Origin: Bdellovibrionota bacterium | GTDB taxonomy: Bacteria > Bdellovibrionota_C > UBA2361 > OMIW01 | Length of the DNA: 10,059 nt | Reading direction: 5' to 3' | NCBI GenBank assembly: GCA_044345055.1 | Contig: JBIJBT010000162.1 | Location: 1 to 10,059 of the forward strand | Position numbers and translations under genes: made by a program | Notes under the pieces: model-generated | Seen by the model: only the letters and a program-made list of their open reading frames with translations | What the model was told of the DNA's origin: nothing | Database searches by the model: none | Shown here: positions 5,488 through 10,059 of the stretch, piece by piece | Position numbering within the stretch: position 1 is the first letter of the stretch | How the letters are laid out: the number at the start of each line of letters is the position of its first letter

Positions 5488-8378
5488 TTTCGGACTACCA
5501 TGCAAGCTACTACGCACATGAATTGAGCCGGGTCGGTGGAACAGGTATTGATCGCCTTGGCCGTGCGTTGTTTGATGCATGCGTAGACCTAAATCCACAC
5601 CAGATTGAAGCAGCTCTATTCGCCTTACGATCGCCCCTTTCAAAGGGTGTGCTGCTCGCCGACGAAGTCGGCCTCGGAAAGACCATCGAAGCAGGTCTTG
5701 TGCTATGTCAATACTGGGCGGAGCGCAGACGAAACATTCTAGTAATCAGCCCTGCTTCGCTCCGGAAGCAATGGGGGCAGGAGCTCTCCGAAAAGTTCAA
5801 CCTACCATCCATAGTTCTGGATGCAAAAACATACAAAGAACAGCGAAAGCTGGGAGTTTCGAATCCCTTCAGGGAGAAGCAAATCATCATTTGCTCCATG
5901 CACTTTGCTGCCAGCCGCGCGGAAGAACTCAAAGAAATTGCCTGGAATCTTGTGGTTATTGATGAAGCTCACAAGCTCCGAAATGCCTACCGGGAAGGTA
6001 ACCGACTGGGCCAGCGCATCCGTTGGGCAATAGAGGATCGCAAAAAGCTGCTTCTGACAGCAACTCCGCTCCAAAACTCCCTTCTCGAACTCTATGGCCT
6101 TTCGACATTGATCGATGATCGGTTGTTTGGTGACTTGGCATCTTTCCGAACGCAGTACATCAACTATGGCGTTGATATGACGGGCCTGAGGGAACGCCTG
6201 GGCGCTTTCTGTTGGCGTTCCCTTCGCAGTCAGGTCATGGAATTCGTGCGCTACACTGAGCGAAAACTCATTACCCGACCGTTCAAGCCCACGGAGCAGG
6301 AACACAAACTATACGAGTCGGTTTCCAGCTATCTAATGCGTGACGAAACCTATGCGCTCCCATCGGGGCAGAAACACTTGCTCGTACTTCTCGTACGAAA
6401 AGTTCTAGCATCCTCGCCTCACGCCGTTGCCGGAACTCTTGAGATCATGCGTGACCGACTGCTGAAGCTGAGGGACGAATCCAAGGATAATACGACCGCT
6501 CTCGAGCAATTGATTTCCCGTGAAGAAATTAATGACGACCTTCTTGAGGAGATTCTTGAAGACCAGGAGGATGCATCTCTGGAGGATGAAACCCAGATGC
6601 CAGAGCAAGCGCCTGAGCCGCAGGTGAACAAGGTCGAGCTGAAAAAGCTCGATGCCGAAATAGACGAGCTGACCGACTATATCCGCTGGGCCAGAAGTCT
6701 CGGAATAGACACAAAAACGAGAGCCCTTCTGACAGCCCTGGATATCGGTTTCAGCGCCATGGAGGAAATGGGCGCGGCCAAGAAGGTAGTCATTTTTACC
6801 GAGTCCCGTCGAACCCAGAGCTGGCTGAAGGATTTCCTCGAGGGAAATGGCTATGCTGGTCAGGTCCTAATCTTCAATGGCACCAACACTGATGATGCTT
6901 CCGGCCAAATTTATCAAGAGTGGCTTGACGCCAACAAAGACTCAGGTCGGGCGACCGGTTCTCGTCAGGTTGACCTTAGAGCGGCAATTATTGATCGTTT
7001 CCGTGACCGGGCGAGTGTGTTGATCGCGACTGAGGCCGGTGCCGAAGGACTCAACCTTCAGTTCTGTTCGGCCATAATCAACTTTGATCTACCCTGGAAC
7101 CCTCAGCGCATTGAACAACGGATCGGTCGATGCCACCGTTACGGCCAGAAACACGATGTGGTCGTTATCAACTTCCTTAACGAGCGCAACGAGGCTGATC
7201 GGCGCGTCCAGGAGCTGCTCGAGCAAAAATTCAATCTGTTTACCGGCGTATTTGGGGCCAGTGATGATGTCCTCGGCTCCATTGAAGCCGGTGTGGATTT
7301 TGAGCGCCGCATCCTGGAAATCTACCAAGGGTGTCGGAGCGAAGAAGAAATTCAGTCGGCTTTTGAAAAGCTACAGTCGGATCTGGACGAACAGATCCAG
7401 ACCAGGATGCGCGACACTCGGAAAATGCTGTTGGAGCATTTTGACGAGGACGTACACGACCGCCTGAAAATCAATCTGGCCGGAGCACAGGAGCGGCTAG
7501 ACCGTATTGGCCGTTTATTCTGGGCCGTCACCCGCCATACATTGGAAAAGCATGCCGAATTTGATGACCAGAGCTTGTCCTTTATCCTTCAGGACAGCCC
7601 AATCGCTGATGTCTCACCCGGACGTTACAACCTGATTTCTAAAACCCAAGAGAACGTCCCCGGCGAGTTTCTGTACCGCCTGAGCCATCCACTAGGAGAA
7701 CACGTCATCCGTGAAGCTTCAAAGAGGCCTTGTGCGCCCGCCGAAGTCGTTTTTGATATTTCGGCCCATTCTACCCGCATCTCCGTGGTGGAAAGTCTCA
7801 AGAATAGATCCGGCTGGCTAAGCCTCCAGCATATGCGCATCGAGTCGTTTGATTCCGAGGAGTATCTCCTTTTTTCGGGAATCGATGATGCGGGCAACAA
7901 TATCGACCAGGAAACCTGCGAAAAGCTGTTCAATTGCAACGGTAAGGCTCGAGTAATCGCAGCGATTTCTGACTCCGCCAAAGAACGCCTCGTGCGTGAG
8001 CAGGAGCGTCATGTCAAGGCGACCCTGGCCAAAAACCTTGAGGAGAATCATCGGCACTTCTCAGAGGCCCGCGACCAGCTCGACAAATGGGCCGAGGACA
8101 TGGAGATGACGGCGCAAAAGGAATTGGATGATACCAAGCGCCAGATACGCGACCTCCAACGGCGTAGTCGCCAGGCTCCCACCATCGAGGAGCAACACAA
8201 ACTGCAGGAGGAAATCGCCATGCTCGATCGTAGGAAACGCACCTTGCGCGAGAGGATCTTCACTATCGAGGACGAGATTGCTGAAAAGCGCGACCACCTC
8301 GTGGAATCGCTCGAAAAACGTATGCAACAGAAAACAACTGTCACGCCGGTGTTCACCATTCGGTGGAGCGTGGTTTAG
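5484..8378 (+). CDS. SNF2-family (RapA-like) SF2 helicase/ATPase, restriction-modification associated type
   Basis: 964 aa from ATG 5484 (AGAGGGA upstream, ATGA overlap). Motifs LADEVGLGKT, IDEAH, LLTATPLQN, TEAGAEGLNLQ, DLPWNPQRIEQRIGRCHRYGQ; coiled-coil-like C-terminus. Confidence 0.93.
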   Translation: MISDYHASYYAHELSRVGGTGIDRLGRALFDACVDLNPHQIEAALFALRSPLSKGVLLADEVGLGKTIEAGLVLCQYWAERRRNILVISPASLRKQWGQELSEKFNLPSIVLDAKTYKEQRKLGVSNPFREKQIIICSMHFAASRAEELKEIAWNLVVIDEAHKLRNAYREGNRLGQRIRWAIEDRKKLLLTATPLQNSLLELYGLSTLIDDRLFGDLASFRTQYINYGVDMTGLRERLGAFCWRSLRSQVMEFVRYTERKLITRPFKPTEQEHKLYESVSSYLMRDETYALPSGQKHLLVLLVRKVLASSPHAVAGTLEIMRDRLLKLRDESKDNTTALEQLISREEINDDLLEEILEDQEDASLEDETQMPEQAPEPQVNKVELKKLDAEIDELTDYIRWARSLGIDTKTRALLTALDIGFSAMEEMGAAKKVVIFTESRRTQSWLKDFLEGNGYAGQVLIFNGTNTDDASGQIYQEWLDANKDSGRATGSRQVDLRAAIIDRFRDRASVLIATEAGAEGLNLQFCSAIINFDLPWNPQRIEQRIGRCHRYGQKHDVVVINFLNERNEADRRVQELLEQKFNLFTGVFGASDDVLGSIEAGVDFERRILEIYQGCRSEEEIQSAFEKLQSDLDEQIQTRMRDTRKMLLEHFDEDVHDRLKINLAGAQERLDRIGRLFWAVTRHTLEKHAEFDDQSLSFILQDSPIADVSPGRYNLISKTQENVPGEFLYRLSHPLGEHVIREASKRPCAPAEVVFDISAHSTRISVVESLKNRSGWLSLQHMRIESFDSEEYLLFSGIDDAGNNIDQETCEKLFNCNGKARVIAAISDSAKERLVREQERHVKATLAKNLEENHRHFSEARDQLDKWAEDMEMTAQKELDDTKRQIRDLQRRSRQAPTIEEQHKLQEEIAMLDRRKRTLRERIFTIEDEIAEKRDHLVESLEKRMQQKTTVTPVFTIRWSVV

Positions 8379-8395
8379 TAAATCAGGAGATAATC

Positions 8396-10059
8396 ATGCC
8401 ATCTGCCCAACAGCTTCGTAGCCGCCTTTTGAAGAAGCTTTCCGAGCTATTCCAGCTCGACCAGCCGGACCTTGATTTCGGCTTTTACCGCATTATGCAC
8501 GCCAAGGCTCATGAAATTCAGGACTTCATCGGTACCGACCTGCTTAAAATCGTGGCGGACGCCTTCGGCGAGGGCGACGAGGCCCGCAAGGTGGAGCTGA
8601 AGGCCAAAATCGACAGGGAAATCACCGCCGCTAAGGAATATGGTGTCATCGATCCTGAAAATTCACCGAAGGTCAAAGAAGCTCAAACGGCTTACGATGC
8701 GGTCAAGGATACCTCGAGTGCCGAGGCTGATGTTTATGACCACCTGTATCGCTTCTTTGAGCGCTACTACGATGACGGGGACTTCATCTCCCGCCGCTAT
8801 TACGCCCGGGAGACGTCCGGCAAAGCCGCGCCCTTTGCTGTGCCTTACAACGGCGAGGAGGTAAAACTTCACTGGGCTAACGCCGATCAGTACTACATCA
8901 AGAGCGCCGAGTATTTCTCCAACTTCACTTTCGATTTACAGCAGGCGCAAGAGATCCGGGCCGTGCGGAAGCAGACTTTAGTCGGCCTACTGCGCGGTGC
9001 AGCTGATGAATCTCCGCTCAAAGTCCATTTTCGCGTCGTCGAGGCCACCGAGGGCGAGCACGGCAACGTCAAGGCTTCCGAAGCCAGTAAACGATTCTTC
9101 ATCCTGCATGGCGAAACTCCTCTTTTTATGACCGAAACCGGTGAGCTGGTCGTTAATTTCGAATACAGGCCCGATGCGGAAAAAATCGGTCAGGAAAACT
9201 CCTGGCGGGAGAAGCGCAACGCAGAGGCGGTGGATATCATTCTAGAGCGCCTCGAGGCCATGGCTGCGGCCGGTGGCGAACACGGCAAAAAGATCGGGGA
9301 ATATCTGCGTCTATTCAAGGTGCCTGCTCCGACCGAAAGCGACAAAAAGCGGCCGTTACTGGCAAAGTACGTGAACCAGTATACCGCCCGCAACACCATG
9401 GACTATTTCATCCATAAGGACCTGAGCGGTTTCCTCCGGCGTGAGCTCGACTTCTACATAAAGAACGAGGTCATGCGCCTCGACGACATCGAAAACGCCG
9501 AAGCCCCGACGGTCGAAAGCTATCTGGCCAAGATCAAGGTGCTGCGCAAGATCGCGGGCAAGCTGATCGACTTTTTGGCCCAGCTTGAGGATTTCCAGAA
9601 GAAACTTTGGTTGAAGAAGAAGTTTGTTGTTGAAACGAACTACTGCATAACGTTGGACAGGGTTCCCGAGGAAATCTACGCGGAAGTGGCTGCTTGTGAT
9701 GCGCAATGTGACGAGTGGATTCGGCTGTTCGCGATCGATGAGATTCAGGGTGATATGCACAGTCCGGGATTCACACGACCGTTGACAGTCGAGTTCCTCA
9801 AGGCCAACAACAAGCTGGTCCTCGATACCCATTTCTTCGATGACAGCTTCAAGGCACGGCTGGTGGCTTCGATTGAGAACTTTGATGAGCAGTGCGATGG
9901 GCTACTGATTCATTCGGAGAATTTTCAGGCGTTGCGGATGATGGGGGAGCGATATCAGGGTGAGGTTCAGTGTATTTATATTGATCCCCCTTATAATACC
10001 GGGAAAGATGGTTTTAACTATAAAGATAATTATCAGCACTCAAGCTGGGCGACAATGAT
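8396..10059 (+). CDS. Large site-specific amino-DNA methyltransferase (N6_N4_Mtase, Type III Mod-like), 3' end beyond window
   Basis: AGGAGA RBS 8385-8390, ATG 8396, frame open to the window end by manual translation: MPSAQQLRSRLLKKLSELFQLDQPDLDFGFYRIM...YNGEEVKLHWANADQYYIK...DYFIHKDLSGFLRRELDFYIKNE...LIHSENFQAL...CIYIDPPYNTG; DPPY at 9983-9994. Confidence 0.92.
   Translation, partial: MPSAQQLRSRLLKKLSELFQLDQPDLDFGFYRIMHAKAHEIQDFIGTDLLKIVADAFGEGDEARKVELKAKIDREITAAKEYGVIDPENSPKVKEAQTAYDAVKDTSSAEADVYDHLYRFFERYYDDGDFISRRYYARETSGKAAPFAVPYNGEEVKLHWANADQYYIKSAEYFSNFTFDLQQAQEIRAVRKQTLVGLLRGAADESPLKVHFRVVEATEGEHGNVKASEASKRFFILHGETPLFMTETGELVVNFEYRPDAEKIGQENSWREKRNAEAVDIILERLEAMAAAGGEHGKKIGEYLRLFKVPAPTESDKKRPLLAKYVNQYTARNTMDYFIHKDLSGFLRRELDFYIKNEVMRLDDIENAEAPTVESYLAKIKVLRKIAGKLIDFLAQLEDFQKKLWLKKKFVVETNYCITLDRVPEEIYAEVAACDAQCDEWIRLFAIDEIQGDMHSPGFTRPLTVEFLKANNKLVLDTHFFDDSFKARLVASIENFDEQCDGLLIHSENFQALRMMGERYQGEVQCIYIDPPYNTGKDGFNYKDNYQHSSWATM

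Noticed and set aside
5484..10059. Calling the operon DISARM, BREX or MADS
   Set aside because: No drmABC, pglZ/brxC or MADS core genes are visible, and the MTase looks Mod-like; cannot be fully excluded without downstream sequence.

Overview
Accessory, defence-island-like bacterial region. Left to right: a hairpin-rich non-coding stretch (1-447); two divergent tandem YhcG/DUF1016 PD-(D/E)XK nuclease genes (- strand); two stand-alone DUF6088-like (AbiEi-related wHTH) paralogues (+ strand) flanking an intact AbiEi type IV antitoxin whose coupled AbiEii toxin is a deleted remnant (- strand); then a + strand operon of a small excisionase-type HTH protein, a 964-aa SNF2 helicase and a DPPY-type (Type III Mod-like) DNA methyltransferase that runs off the window and is missing from the ORF track. 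The most striking non-coding signal is a GTCGTAT-core tandem repeat with 24-bp period at the same position upstream of both DUF6088-like genes. A perfect palindrome also covers the apparently leaderless abiEi start. Family assignments come from recalled motifs, not database searches.
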